DNA of 62,464 nucleotides, filler included, from Choristocarpus tenellus KU-1152 (GCA_964200185.2; 11 parts of 11 records of this genome joined end to end with filler, not necessarily neighbours in it), one strand, 5' to 3'; shown: positions 36,770 through 49,392, counted from the whole stretch's first letter. Made by a program: numbers and translations. The notes: generated by a model not told the origin, from the letters alone.

Positions 36770-37810
36770 GCTTTTCCCCTGTCGTATCTGTAGATGTCGA
36801 AGAACACCATAGTAAAATATGAAACTACATTAATGTCAGAAAGTATAATAATAAAAATAATGACACATCTCCAAAATCTAAGAAGGCAAAATAGTCAAAA
36901 TAATATATAATATACAGAAGGGAGATAGTAGAAGATTCGTCTCAATCGTACCATATCGAACATAACGAACAATTAGATAAAGTCCTCAACACCACCTAAA
37001 ATTCAGCGCGATGAATTTCACCCTGTAAACTCGCAGAAGAGTAGTACTACAACTAGGATAACTATTTCGTAGTTCTACGACTACTATCATATATTGATAT
37101 TTATATTGTTCTGCCTTCCAACATTCTCAGATGTGTTAGGGAAAAAGTCAATTCAATGCCATATTTATTATTATGCCCTCTGACATTTTGGAGATGTGTC
37201 AGAGGGGAAACCAATGAAAACTATTCAATATCATCGTCGAACAAGACTTCCTTAGTCACCACGTCAGTATATACGCCCTTAACAAGAGATGAAAAAAAAA
37301 CTAGAACCTATAAATGGGTGCAACACATTATCTCATGTACAGATAAGGTTTTCATGTCCAAAACGTCACAAAACAGATACCAATAGGTGATAATCTATAT
37401 AGTAGGGAGTATGCAGTCAGATGGCATAATAATATATGTTGTATAGAGTGAGGGGATATTGAAGTTGAAAGATTTCTTATGGACTTCTTTGTACACAACT
37501 ACATAAACATTATTTTGTCCTCTAACATTTTGCAGATGACGATATAGTATATATTGACTTTTCTTACGACACATCTGCAAAATGTCGGAGGACAAAATAA
37601 TATTAAAAATATAGTACATATTATATATTATTATATCCTCTGACATTTTGTAGATGTGTCGGGGGAAACGTCAATCCAATGTCATAATGTAACAGTTGTC
37701 GTAAATGTGAAACATATCTCTCTAAAATCTATTTACTATTTGACAACCATCTTTGCTGCACTCCCCTGCTATGCCTCAAGTCTATCATAGCCCTAAACCA
37801 CAGGACGAGT
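36770..37810. repeat. Cluster of about 7 very short LINE 3'-hairpin (family C) insertions in both orientations
   Basis: Variants of CCCTCTGACATTTTGCAGATGTGTCAG at ~36775, 36860, 37112, 37174, 37517, 37560 and 37636; the last extends ~170 bp matching 28965-29180. Confidence 0.7.
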
Positions 37811-37899
37811 AAGTGTATAGAAAGGAACGTGCCATTTCGCAACAAGGGATATATTTATATATTTACGAATAGTAGTTTGAAGAATTTAACAGCCTCTCT

Positions 37900-38042
37900 T
37901 GTGAATGTTGCGGCACTTTTTAAAGGACCCTTATTGAATGGGATAAATTTTGTTCAAAAATATTTCAGTGCTTGTGGGGGGCACCGCTACGATTTGGAAG
38001 CGACCTCAACCAAGCCAAATGTATAAGGACAGACGGGACCCC
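37900..38042 (+). repeat. ~143-bp repeat, inverted partner of 34520-34663
   Basis: TGTGAATGTTGCGGCAC...GGACAGACGGGACCCC. Confidence 0.9.
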
Positions 38043-38598
38043 CGGGGGGGAGCCGGTAACGGTTTTGGTATTCTTATAATATGCATGGCACACTATAGAT
38101 TGTATTATACAATACATACATACATACATACATACATACCTCTTCTTCTACTAGTTATAAATATTTATGAAAGGGTGATGTGGTTTGTACAAGAAAGGGA
38201 TAGATAGGCTACATCCACCAAAAAAACTAACCAACCAAGTTGACAAAGAAGAACGAACACATGTTTCATTCTATACATACATGCGAAGCTTGTACTTCGT
38301 ATATATTTTTAGCTTAATGGTTGTTATTATCGAGTAATTCTGGCACGCTTAGAGAGCAACATCAGTCACAAAGGAGTTACTACGTTGAGTCGATCTCGTG
38401 ATCATCTTTCATGTTAGAGGCGGAACGTATGTACGTAGGGGACAATCTTCATACCAGAGGCGGCGTCAACCTACAATTTGACATTGTCATTGGTATTGNN
38501 NNNNNNNNNNNNNNNNNNNNNNNNNNNNNNNNNNNNNNNNNNTTAATTAATTAANNNNNNNNNNNNNNNNNNNNNNNNNNNNNNNNNNNNNNNNNNNN

Positions 38599-38749
38599 CC
38601 ATATACTGGACACACAATCTCATAACGCATATTTTAAACCTTCTCCGAAATATTTTCGAGTAGGAAAATGTCACAAAAAAACCCTTGGGAAGTCAAGCCC
38701 CAAATGGACAAACAGGGCAAAACTCGCACCCTCTAAGATACTTTCACTC
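38599..38749 (-). mobile_element. MITE family A copy 8 (partial, cut by gap)
   Basis: Ends CCCTCTAAGATACTTTCACTC. Confidence 0.85.
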
Positions 38750-38864
38750 AAAAAACATGACAATACCCAAACAATACGAGAAGCCAAATATTGAACCAAA
38801 GCTGGTTCTTTTGTAAGAGAAGCGACATGTTTGACCTCACCAAGTCGAGTGGTTCACAGCAGCG

Positions 38865-39121
38865 GAGTGAAAGTATCTTAGAGGGTACGAGATTTGCCCT
38901 GTTTGTCCATTTGGGGCTTGGCTTCCCATGTTTTTTAATGACAATTTCCTACTCCAAAATATTTCGGAGTAGGTAAAATGTGTACGTTATGAAAAAGGTG
39001 TGTCCGGAATGAGGATATTAACATTCCCTAACAAACACAAGAGCCAAAATTACATCAAAATCGCAACATTGGATTTTGGCTCCCAAATGGACGCGACTCT
39101 ACCCTCTAAGATACTTTGCTC
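38865..39121 (+). mobile_element. MITE family A copy 9
   Basis: Both TIRs present; perfect TSD AGCG. Confidence 0.93.
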
Positions 39122-39133
39122 AGCGAGCACTTT

Positions 39134-40600
39134 TCAGTGATTTTTTCTTGAATTAGGGTTACCCCAACAGCTACAAACCATAACATCTAAGACATTTGTC
39201 CGAGGCCATGCAAACTCGGATGGTGCACAAGCACAGAGTCGACAAATTTGGGGCCAGACCGTGTAAACCTGGTCATTGGACACGTTGTGGAAGGAAAAGG
39301 AAGAATGAGCTCTTAGAAAATACACTCCTACTTAAAGTTCGACCTGAAACCAAAAAAAAAACTATTTGAGCTGGTGAGCATGTGCGAAGTCGCACCCCGC
39401 TCCCTTCCACCAATCTATAAGCTTAGGGTAAACCTTTGTCAACACATGCCAAAGATTTAGGGGTGAGGAATACTTGTCATTCCACAGTTCTGCCTCTGCG
39501 CGACCAAGAAGTACAGCTTTTCTCTCCAGGAGTGCTTCTATGTCCTTCGCACGCAGCGTCCTCTTGGTATTACCGACACCATGGCACAAGCCATCGAGGA
39601 TTCCCTTGTGCACGTAGCAGTGATCTTCCAGGACAAAACGACTAGCAGCTTTCCTAGCCCGCATCAACCTAAATCCGTAGTCGTGAATAACCTGTTAAAG
39701 GACACAGGTTTGCACACGATATTATGTTGATGACAATAGGTTTGCCGAACGGAGGAGTTCCTCCGCGCAAGCCTCAAGGAATCGATCTGTCATTCCGATG
39801 TTAAACTTACCATCCTCTAACATGGGCAGTTCATCTTCGCTGTCCGCCAAGTCCACATCACTCCCCTTCACGTCGGATGGTGTGTTCTGGGATGATGTCT
39901 CCCCACTGCCATACACCAGACAGAAGATATTCTCCAGCAAGGTTGCTGGCGAAGTCACAGGCATACGCTTCCCCTTGTGATGGGGATGCATACGCGTTTT
40001 TCGGAAGCAGAACCCTGCGTAGGTCCTGAATCCCTGACAACAACCACATCCCCGTAAGACTTCCTCCTCTTACCGGGAGGAGATCGACAGCATGAATTGA
40101 CCTGTTCAACACCAACCTCTCCACTTGATGCAGGTCCGTCGTCGCTCTCACCATCCTAGACTGATTCCACGCTATGTGTCGGAGTCGTTAGAGATCCTGT
40201 GGGTGGCAACGACATTTCTTCTATGTCGGATTCCACGGCATCCCACCCACTCGGAACGGATCCGAAGTCGTCCTCTTCGGAGTCACTATCTGCACGCACT
40301 CGAAGACGGGAGACCCGGACAACCTCGGGTGCATCGAGAGTGCCGCTAACCCTCGTCCTATTCTCCCGCACAGTCTTCTTCTGGTCAGAACTTGTGACAT
40401 AATTTCGACAGCTCACGTGCGAAGTGTTTCTCCTTGTCGGGTTCACGATTCCCTTGCAGCATGGCCAATGCGTGTACCACCCCCCCCGGGCGCAGATGCA
40501 GGGATGACAAGCCAGCATTGAACAAACCCTTCAGCTTGGCCCATACATCGTCTGTCTCATGGACCCCACAAGTGGTGTTGTCTGGCGCGATAACAACGCA
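39134..40600 (-). mobile_element. Cys-rich fragmented ORFs, possibly the CxC region of a KDZ (Zisupton/Kyakuja/Dileera)-type transposon gene
   Basis: Collinear minus-strand ORFs with CHPC...HWPC, an acidic linker and QICRLCACAP, which resembles the C..CG..P preceding KDZ transposase cores; no catalytic core seen. Confidence 0.3.
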
Positions 40601-40834
40601 GGTGGCACGCCTAGAATCTGGAGTGGTGTGGGGAACGGATGTTAGGAGCAGAGGTGGTCACGTATCTTGTGTTTGTTGTCATATTGGTCAGGGGAACTCG
40701 AAAAATGAAAAGAATATTTTAAAACACGTACATTGGTCCTGAACTTGTTCGAGATTTTTGTGCGGAAGTGAGCAACATGCACAATTGAGGCCAGTGTATA
40801 CGAGTTGTGTACTTCCCCTCCGCTATATTCTTAT

Positions 40835-40915
40835 TGTGATCTTTGACGTTTTTGAGATGTGTGAGGGGGGAAACAGACGAGAACTATGCATGTGTCAGTA
40901 CAAGCCCTAAAGAAA
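40835..40915 (-). mobile_element. Short family C LINE 3' end
   Basis: GATGTGTGAGGGGGAAAC...ATGTGTCAGTACAAGCCCTAAAGAAA matches 3156-3213. Confidence 0.6.
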
Positions 40916-41557
40916 GTAAAAAATGTCTTACACCATTAACCATTGCAAGAGTGAACAACACTATGGTAACGTTGTCATGCGTGGTGCGGTTTATCCTAGG
41001 CAATTGACCTCATAATGTTATCTACCCTTTAGTCCAGGAAACGAGGTTGTGTGTCAATACAACATTGCATTTTTAACTAAAATCGATTTCAGGTATGACG
41101 GGTTTTCGTTCATTAGCAAAGAAACAAAAACTAATTGCTTCTCTATCGCTGGTCCCTCTATCCTAATGTCATGAAACGTATATTTACACTTGCTTGACTT
41201 CTCCTCCTCTGAATGCATGCTGGCTTGTACGCCCGTACTCTCCTACCAGTGGCTTTACCACAAGAATGCTGATCCAAGAACGAGGTGGCAAGGTTTGATT
41301 GCAGAGGGATGCCTGGTGGGTCTACTAAAGGTGTCGGGGAGGAGGCGGAGCAACCAGCGGTGGGATGACTGAACCTGACGTCAGTGAAGCATTGTACGAA
41401 CGGAGGCAGTACAATTAGCTGCAGTGCAACAATTAGTTTCAAAAGAAGAGGGTATGAGAATCAGTGCGTAGCGCCTCTGAGCACAGGTTGGGAAGTCTGC
41501 AGAACTGTTGAAATAGTGCGAGCTATTGAAAAGCATCAATATTTCGTTATATGATGC

Positions 41558-41882
41558 TGTTACAAAACGTTTCGCAAGCTTGTCATGATGGGATACGTAG
41601 CTCCAATCCACAAGCCTATTGGCTGAACACGAGGCTCGTAGAGGGCGCCGTAGTAGAGGAAATGTCATCAAACATTCCGTGTCTCCCACTTCAACCATTC
41701 ACTTCATGACTTTCATTGGGGTATATAAATAGAATTGAACAAGCGTTTCCGACCTCTATACGGCATCATAATGACTAGGTAAGAAATAATGAGCCCAAGA
41801 AGTAGAAATATATATAAAACCTAGGACTTCAAGGTCGTAGTGGTGGTTTAATAAATTCCATGAGGACACAACGGCCGTGACA
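41558..41882 (+). mobile_element. Solo LTR family D (gypsy-type, 325 bp)
   Basis: TGTTAC...GTGACA ends; flanks ATGC/ATAC; internal TATATAAA. Confidence 0.75.
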
Positions 41883-42265
41883 ATACTATAATGTAGAAAT
41901 ATTTTTCGGTTTGACCCCCACAACGAATCTGTTCTCACATCTTCCTGGAGTAGGTGTAAAGAAGATCCGGCATTTTATGAGGCGCTCAGCAGTTGAATGT
42001 TATATACATTGATGGACTAAAAACTGGTGATGTTATGGTGGTTGCGGATGTCTCTCTGGCCAACCCCGGACCCTTCTTGTACACCACAGATGTTGGTTGC
42101 ACCTTTCGAAGACTCGATGAACTCCTCCCGCGATGGATGGATTGATCGATCGATAGGTTAGGCTCCCAGTTGCATGAAAGTACGTACGCGTGGGTAAAAG
42201 AGGACGATGGGGTAGGAGGGAGAAAGGAGACAAAAGAGAGGTCAAAAGAGAGGTCAAAAGAGACA

Positions 42266-42337
42266 CTCCCTCGCCGGGAGTCGAACCCGGGTCTCCTGAG
42301 TGAGAGTCAGATATCCTAACCGTTGGACTACGAGGGA
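42266..42337 (-). tRNA. tRNA-Glu (anticodon CTC), intronless
   Basis: TCCCTCGTAGTCCAACGGTTAGGATATCTGACTCTCACTCAGGAGACCCGGGTTCGACTCCCGGCGAGGGAG folds as a full cloverleaf; three TTTT terminators follow within a 13-bp repeat. Confidence 0.96.
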
Positions 42338-42945
42338 CATAGTACACGGTTTACGTCCTTGCCCATCTTCCTCACCAATAATATCTTGATACAACCTCCT
42401 ACACACCTCTGCTGCCCCACTCAACCTATCACAGCCCCACTCACCACACCTTATCGTCCCTTGGGCTCGGTTGGAACACACGTCAGACTTGGTCGCACTC
42501 TCCTTTCTCTCTCCTGCAGCCTACCGCTACTACCACCGTAGACCTGTAAACCCTGCGCACCTCACAACAACCAAATGTAATCTCCCTCATTCGGTCAACC
42601 TTGCTCTACCGTTCCCGTCACCAGCGCAACCAGGTCATCCGTTTGGTGTGACCGTAGTTACTTTGTGCAGAGAACCGTAGATCACTAGTGTGATCATACT
42701 CTGCATTTCGATTACTGCTGTTGGATTGATTACACTACTGCTGTCTTCTTTGGACCCGTGGTCAGAGTTACTACAACTACCTGCACTTCCTCCGTATGCA
42801 TGCCTTGCTTCTACTTTGCTGGGTACAGCCTTCCCCGCCTCTCGCTAATCACCCCCTTGCTCCATTGGATCTGATGCTTACCCGCCCGGTGCTGTCGCTC
42901 TGTAATGAAGCTATGCAAAAAAAAACATTTTCTGCTTGTTGCCTA

Positions 42946-43264
42946 TGTTACAACACGCTCCAGAAGCTTACCTCCACATGATTTATAGCTCCAATCTACA
43001 TGCCTATAGATGACGCTGGTGCACGTAAAGAGCTCCTGGTGCCCAAGTCGTCAAATATGCTGGATCTCTTGCTTGGATTATTCCATCATAAGTATGGTCA
43101 ATATCATGGTATAAAAAGGGACTGGCACCTATGTACCATGTGGGGGTGTATGATAAGAACTAAATAATAAATAAATAGTCAAGAAGTACAAATATATAAA
43201 ATCTATGACTTCAAGGTCATCGTGGTGTTTATGAAACCGCCATCACGACATATCGCCTGTAACA
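42946..43264 (+). mobile_element. Solo LTR family D (gypsy-type, 319 bp)
   Basis: TGTTACA...TGTAACA inverted ends; perfect 4-bp TSD CCTA; internal TATAAAA and AATAAA. Confidence 0.85.
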
Positions 43265-45957
43265 CCTACACTACTACTACCGCTTCTATATCGCACCTCA
43301 TCTGTTGAAGGGTGTGCCAAAACAACAACTAGCTCTGTCTTATACGGATGTACAGAGAGCGAAAGATGGAGTGATACCCCCTTGGAATCGATATATTGTA
43401 CCTCACGCATGCTTTATGGGATGTGAAATTGGAAGAGATTTAAATAAGCGAGAGGTACCAAGAGTTGCATTTTTAGGATGCTGACAAATACGTGCAAAAT
43501 TCGCCTTTTTTTACAAATGCATATATAGGATGTCTTCTGAATTGTGTCGGAAACCTTTCGAACAAAAGAGAAATGCATGCTCTCAAGTCAAACTTAGAAC
43601 TTCATCCATAGAGATATCGGCGAACTCTAAAAGGTTGAAAAACAGACTTAAATGCAAGACGACCAAAACCTGGTTACCCCTCGTCCACTTTGGCTCAAAA
43701 GAAAAAATATATATGAGTAGAAATTGGGACCATGCTAGATATTGTGAGATTTGCACATCATGTCAGGGATGCGGTGTTGACTAGTGGTTTGGATGTTATG
43801 CCCAGATTTCCCCAGTTTGTGCCAGCAATGCCGAAAATAGATTAAATTGATCCACATACGCGTTTCTCACATGCATAGGCCAACGTTGTATAGGCTCAAC
43901 CATTTCCACACACAACCTTTTGTTGATCACAGTTTGTTTGCGTTTTTGGAGATTCCACGCCAAAAATAAAAATAACCCTTCGCCCCCTGAAAACAAAACA
44001 CAAAGGTTCAATCTGTTCGACCTTGACTTGACTTGACTTGACATGATTTTGCAGCGAAAACACCTTCAAACCATGTCAGCCCTGAACTTAGAACAAAACA
44101 GGCGACAAATTCGCTGGGAGTAAACTTTGATCTCTTGGCACAGCCACAAGGGGAGATCGATGCCCTCAAAGCCTGTTTTCCTGATCGGTCTACTGGTACA
44201 AGGAGGATCAACCAGCGGTTGTTGAGCTGTTGACCTCACTCAATTGAAACGAACCGACCAGTCCGGATTTGGTGTGGCAAATAGGACTAAGGGAAGTGGT
44301 AAGATACGGCGAACAACACAACAACAACAACAACAACAACAAAATCCCTACACACGCAAAGATATGCTCGTACATACACATATGCTACGACATATGTTCC
44401 CCTACACTTAGCACTCCGACCGTACAACGGTAACAGAGGGAAACGTGTGTCTCTGTTGTTTTGCATGAACTCTTTTAGCTCACAGTGGCAGGGCACATGG
44501 ATTCACAAATATACATATGGAATTTACAGCAATGTGGGTGTAATATATTCTCCCAGCAGGTACGAACCTGTGTCTCTTCCTTATCGTGTATGATGTGACA
44601 ATGCATAAGAGCACACAATATGACTTAAGTGCCCAAGAAAATGGATACTGAGAAACGTGAAGGTCTTGTGTGTGTCACCCTCTCCTCGCGCTTTCAGGGA
44701 GTATTATCTATTAATATTGCTACAACTGATTACCACTGATACTACATATAGTTGTAGTAGGTATCATGGCATGATCCTAATTTATTTTCTCGGCCTTCCA
44801 CGTTGCTCTCTACATACTCACAAGTTTCTGCATCATGTGAGAGGCGAAAACAAATATGTACAGATGATGTTTCCCCCTCGTCCATCTGGGCCCAAAGAAC
44901 CTGGATAGTGCCAGGATGTGCCTCCTCCCATACTCGAAAGTAGCCAACACAACGAGTGGTGCAATCCTTTGAATGGTTGCACACCATGAGACTTGAGTCT
45001 CGCGAAGCAGCTGCTCCTATATATGTACAATACCTATCCGCATGCTTGCTTCCCCTGGACGCCACACGACCCCATCAGACTTGGGCGGATGTTCTTTTGG
45101 CTTCATAGAAAACACTTTCGGAGATGGACTCCGACGTGGTGTGGGCCATAGCTGTGGATTAGAAGCAAGTTGTGGAGCGCATATTTTTGCGGCGTTGGGG
45201 CATGGGGGAGGACTCTAGTCAGGAACAGGAAGAATGCTATGATTTTGCAGGGGAGAGTATTGTGGCGGAGCTGTCACGCACCAAGCTTCATGCACCAAGC
45301 TTCACCACCGTGACCTCATCCTCTTAACACAAGAACTTGTCAACTTATCAGCCGACCGATTTTCTCACTGGAGGGGATGCTCAATAGAGGAACATGAACA
45401 CGACCTTGTTCAAGTCAGGGACTCTGCAGGATCAAGCGCGCAAGAGCCAAACAAATTGAGAGGTAGGTAGGTTTGGACCCTCTTGCATTCTAAGCCATCC
45501 TTCTTGCCCTGTGCAATGCACAATATTTCATAGCTTTGTGCCCACACAGTAGCGTACGCAAAATTGATATTCCCCCTTTCCACACACAAGGTGACGCCAC
45601 AATTCAGCAAAAGGGCTCTTTCTGATATTGTACAAAATTATAACTTTTTGCCCTTTCTTGGGATCCCGAAAATGGAACCCTGCCTACCCCTCAGTTGTTT
45701 TGACATACAAGCATATACTCAAAGTGGCTAGCAGACAGACAGTACGAGTAGCACGCATTGCGATCTATGGATACTCGACTCATGCACAGCACGGTGAACT
45801 TGTCGCTCACTGACCTTTGAAGGTCTTGCCTTCTTACCGCCCACGAGCAAATGTGAGAGAAACAATCCCACGTATGTATACAGAGGAGCGAATAAAGGAT
45901 ATACTGCTTCATACGAAATGCATCACCCCCCTCCCCCCTCTCTGTGTACTTGCTTGC

Positions 45958-47749
45958 TCAAGTCTCACCACCGTCGAGGTATATTGGGAAGATGCCAAAC
46001 CCAACAACATTAGCCACAATGAGCCCCGGTCTGTTCTCAGCATGCAGGGCAACCTGACCCACCACTTGAGCCATGATGCTAAAGGCCACCGCAGACCACA
46101 CCACAAACTGAAAGCGGAACAGTCTATCATCTCTTTCGTGGTCCACAGGAGGCATGCTGGAGCAGACTATGTTGGGAGATCTTGAGCGGCCGATGATGTA
46201 GCAGCCCAAAAATAGCTGAGAGAACCCAACGGCGATGCTGATCTCAGGAAATAGCACAAAGAACGGACCACAGGCGATTGGTGCAGGAAGTTGGCCTTCA
46301 GAGAACCTGTTTATGATGTAAGCACCTGGACAAACGGTAGGGTGAGGGGAAGACTAACATTGTGTGAGGTTGGGGATAGGTCACAGCACAACAGCATAGT
46401 CTACTGCTTCTGGTTAATAGTACTGTGCAGCGTCGATTATATCGCCCCTGAAGCCTGCACGACGAGGGTACCGTGAGGGCAGAGCGCCTGGGTGGGTGCC
46501 AACCCTCTTTGAACCGGTCCCCATCCTCAGCACACTCGAATGAAATGAATGAACTTCCCCTAGTGATTTACGTCACGTGGACGAAATCCAGAGGCATCCC
46601 ATGCGCACACATCCACAAATTCTATATGTGTTTGAAGGCGAAGAACAATGAACGACTAACCCTTGTCCAAGTGCACACTGCAACCAATCCTGACCAGTTC
46701 AGTTACCTACAATTGACTTGTCTGCCACACTTCATGCAACAGAGATGACAAAAAACGGGCGTTGTGCATCCATCCAAGTACTTCGAAGCACCAGGATTAT
46801 TACTCCATCCGGCATGAGAAATATCTTGTACGCTGACCCAGGTGCACCAGACGGGAGTCGAGATCAGCGACTTACCGAGCACAACCTGGACAAGTCCAAC
46901 CATTAAGGTGAGGAAGTCGTAGTAGGCCTGGCGGGAACGATAATATTCGTCAGTATAGATCGCCCCCTGCCCACAGTGGATTTTCCAGCTCTTCCAGTGC
47001 AGGAAGGTCAGGGCGCCTGCACGCAACACACCTCACGAGAGAGGAGGAGTGGCAGTGGCAGTGGCAAAGAGTTAAGAGTACGTACGGGTCGAGAGTGTTA
47101 AATGCCAAACTTCACACCGACAGTGAGGTGCAATGGTGAGGACGACTAGGATCGCTTTGATGCTCTTCCGGTGGAGTGGGGTTGATTGAAGGCCAAGCAT
47201 TCACCACGAGTACTGTGCTTCTGTATCACGACAAGCAGGAGAAGGACAAGCCACCAAGCGTTAAAATAGCTGACTGAATTCACTCGTCGTGCACATCAGT
47301 CACACTAAATACGTGCATTTATGACTGAGGGAACTTCTACTCTGCTGGTCGAGATTATCGTGCAGCTTTCAACCCTGTCGCTCGACTCACCAATGACCTG
47401 AGGATGGTTGAACCAGGTGCCTGAGTTTCCAGGGTAGGACGGTGGGGCGCCATGAACAGAGTACAGGGTGATGACAAACGACTGAGTGAATTCGAGGCTT
47501 TCAGAGTCAGTCCAAAGGCTAGGCATGTGGCGACCACGAGCGACTACAGATGATCAAGTACTAGTACACCCAACAACGTCATTCAGCCCTTTGTCTCTCA
47601 CGAAGTGTGAGGTGACTACCAGCTCGGTAGCACAGGGGCTCACTAATGTTTCAACACATTGCGATGGAACACTGTACTGTACTTCACCAAACTCAAGTAC
47701 ATTCGCAAGTGTCTACCGTGCCAGCGTAGCCATTGAAGCCGATAATCCC
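45958..47749 (-). CDS. Uncharacterised multi-pass membrane protein, 3' exons
   Basis: Exon 47016-46876 splices in frame to the exon starting at 46325: ALTFLHWK...YYRSRQAYYDFLTLMVGLVQVVL|GAYIINRFSEGQLPAPIACGPFFVLFPEISIAVGFSQL...GFGIFPIYLD; possible short exon 47749-47718; termini uncertain. Confidence 0.65.
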
Positions 47750-48008
47750 TAGAACAGCAATGGAGTTGATCTGAGGAGCGTGTGCTGGATGAGAAGTGGG
47801 ATGGTTGAACCCAATGAGCGAGAAGAAACAAGGAGAATGAACGGGGAAGCCGTACAGCTAGCAGTAGTAGTGTAACGGTTAGTTGCAGTACAGCAGTTGG
47901 TATGAAAAGTGGTGCACTGTGCGTTACCTCTGACCACAAATGAAGAAAACAATGATGGGTGATGATTGTTAAAACATACGCCACTCATTCGATTTGTTTT
48001 GATACGAT

Positions 48009-48268
48009 GAGTTAAAGCATAACTTGGAGGCTAGAGCCGCGTCCATTTGGGGGCCAAAATCCAAATGCTACAATTTTAGTGTAATTTTGGCAATCATGTT
48101 TGTTAGGAGATGTCAATATCCTTGTTCTGGACACACCTTTTCATAACATAAATTTTACCTACTTCGAAACATTTTGAAGTAGGTAAAATGACATTAAAAA
48201 AACACGGGAAGCCAAGTCCCAAATGGATAAACGGGGAAAAACTCGTACCCTCGAAGGTACTTTCACTC
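48009..48268 (-). mobile_element. MITE family A copy 10
   Basis: Diverged TIRs; perfect TSD CGAT. Confidence 0.9.
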
Positions 48269-48748
48269 CGATACAGTATGGTCAGTCCATACTGGATGTT
48301 GATTTGCCCATTGTAATGGTCGCTATTTTCACTTACCCCATTAGCTCCTCATCACACAAAATCATCAAATCACCTACAGAACACCACAGTACGTAAGAAG
48401 CATAAGAACAGTCGCTTTCCTATCACACATACGGGCATACTATGTGTCACATGAGTTTCCTCGCATATATTTATTCAAGTTTGTCTTCTTGTTTCTTCCT
48501 TGTTTTTTCCCTTTCTTCTTCTTCTTCTTCTTCTCCACACAAAGACTTGTCAGTTGCATATCATGAGTTGATTATTACTTTTCTTGACTGGCATTGCCAA
48601 CATCTGATTGAACAAAACATGTTGTCAGATCCGCCAGAACAACTTAGGCTCGAATAATCTGGGTGGGGGGGGNNNNNNNNNNCGGCACTATCCAGCACTG
48701 CGAGCAACAGACGCGCTGCTGGAGCTTCTACGCAAAGCGGAGGTCCCC

Positions 48749-48924
48749 GGGGGGGGGGGGGGGGGGGGGGGGGGATCTGCACCAGGATGCCCATTTTGGA
48801 CCTGACCAGGAAAGGTGCACTTACAATATCCATCCGACACATGTAATCAAATCGCCCAAAAATCTCGACATGGAAAAATGGGCCCCGAATGAACAGCCGC
48901 AACCCCCCCCAGATACTTTGAGCC
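48749..48924 (+). mobile_element. MITE family B copy (left end probably at 48647, across the 10-N gap)
   Basis: Interior matches 26990-27150; ends CCAGATACTTTGAGCC. Confidence 0.8.
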
Positions 48925-49392
48925 TTACCGGTGCTTTGTTGCACTATGACACCCTTCGCCAAAGCTAGTCACAGCACAACCAAGCACGACACATACGAAT
49001 ACAGGTTTCGGCGATGATCAGCATCATCATATTAGCAGTGGGTAAGGTGGTGTGACCCTGTGCATTTACTGCAAATGGTGCAAGTAATTCCAAACATACC
49101 TACAGTCAAGAGCTTTTTTCTCGGTCATACCCTATCGCCAGCGAAAAAACGAAACCATATCAACAAACATTATCGAAGTACCATGTATTGCATCTATTGC
49201 CTCTTCAGGTAAATCTTGTCTTGATACAGAATCCACGTGGCAAGCAGCACCATGGATTGTACATCTATTTGTAGTACTATCCTATATGTTGCTACACCAC
49301 AGAAAGGCAGAAAACCCAAAACGAGGTGGCAAATGCTTCGTTGCAGAGCGACACCGAGGCAGGCCCAACAGACTATTTGAGGGAGGAGGCGG

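Noticed and set aside
42338-42777. Possible LTR abutting the tRNA 5' end (ends TTACTACA)
   Set aside because: No TG start, no TSD and no second copy in the window
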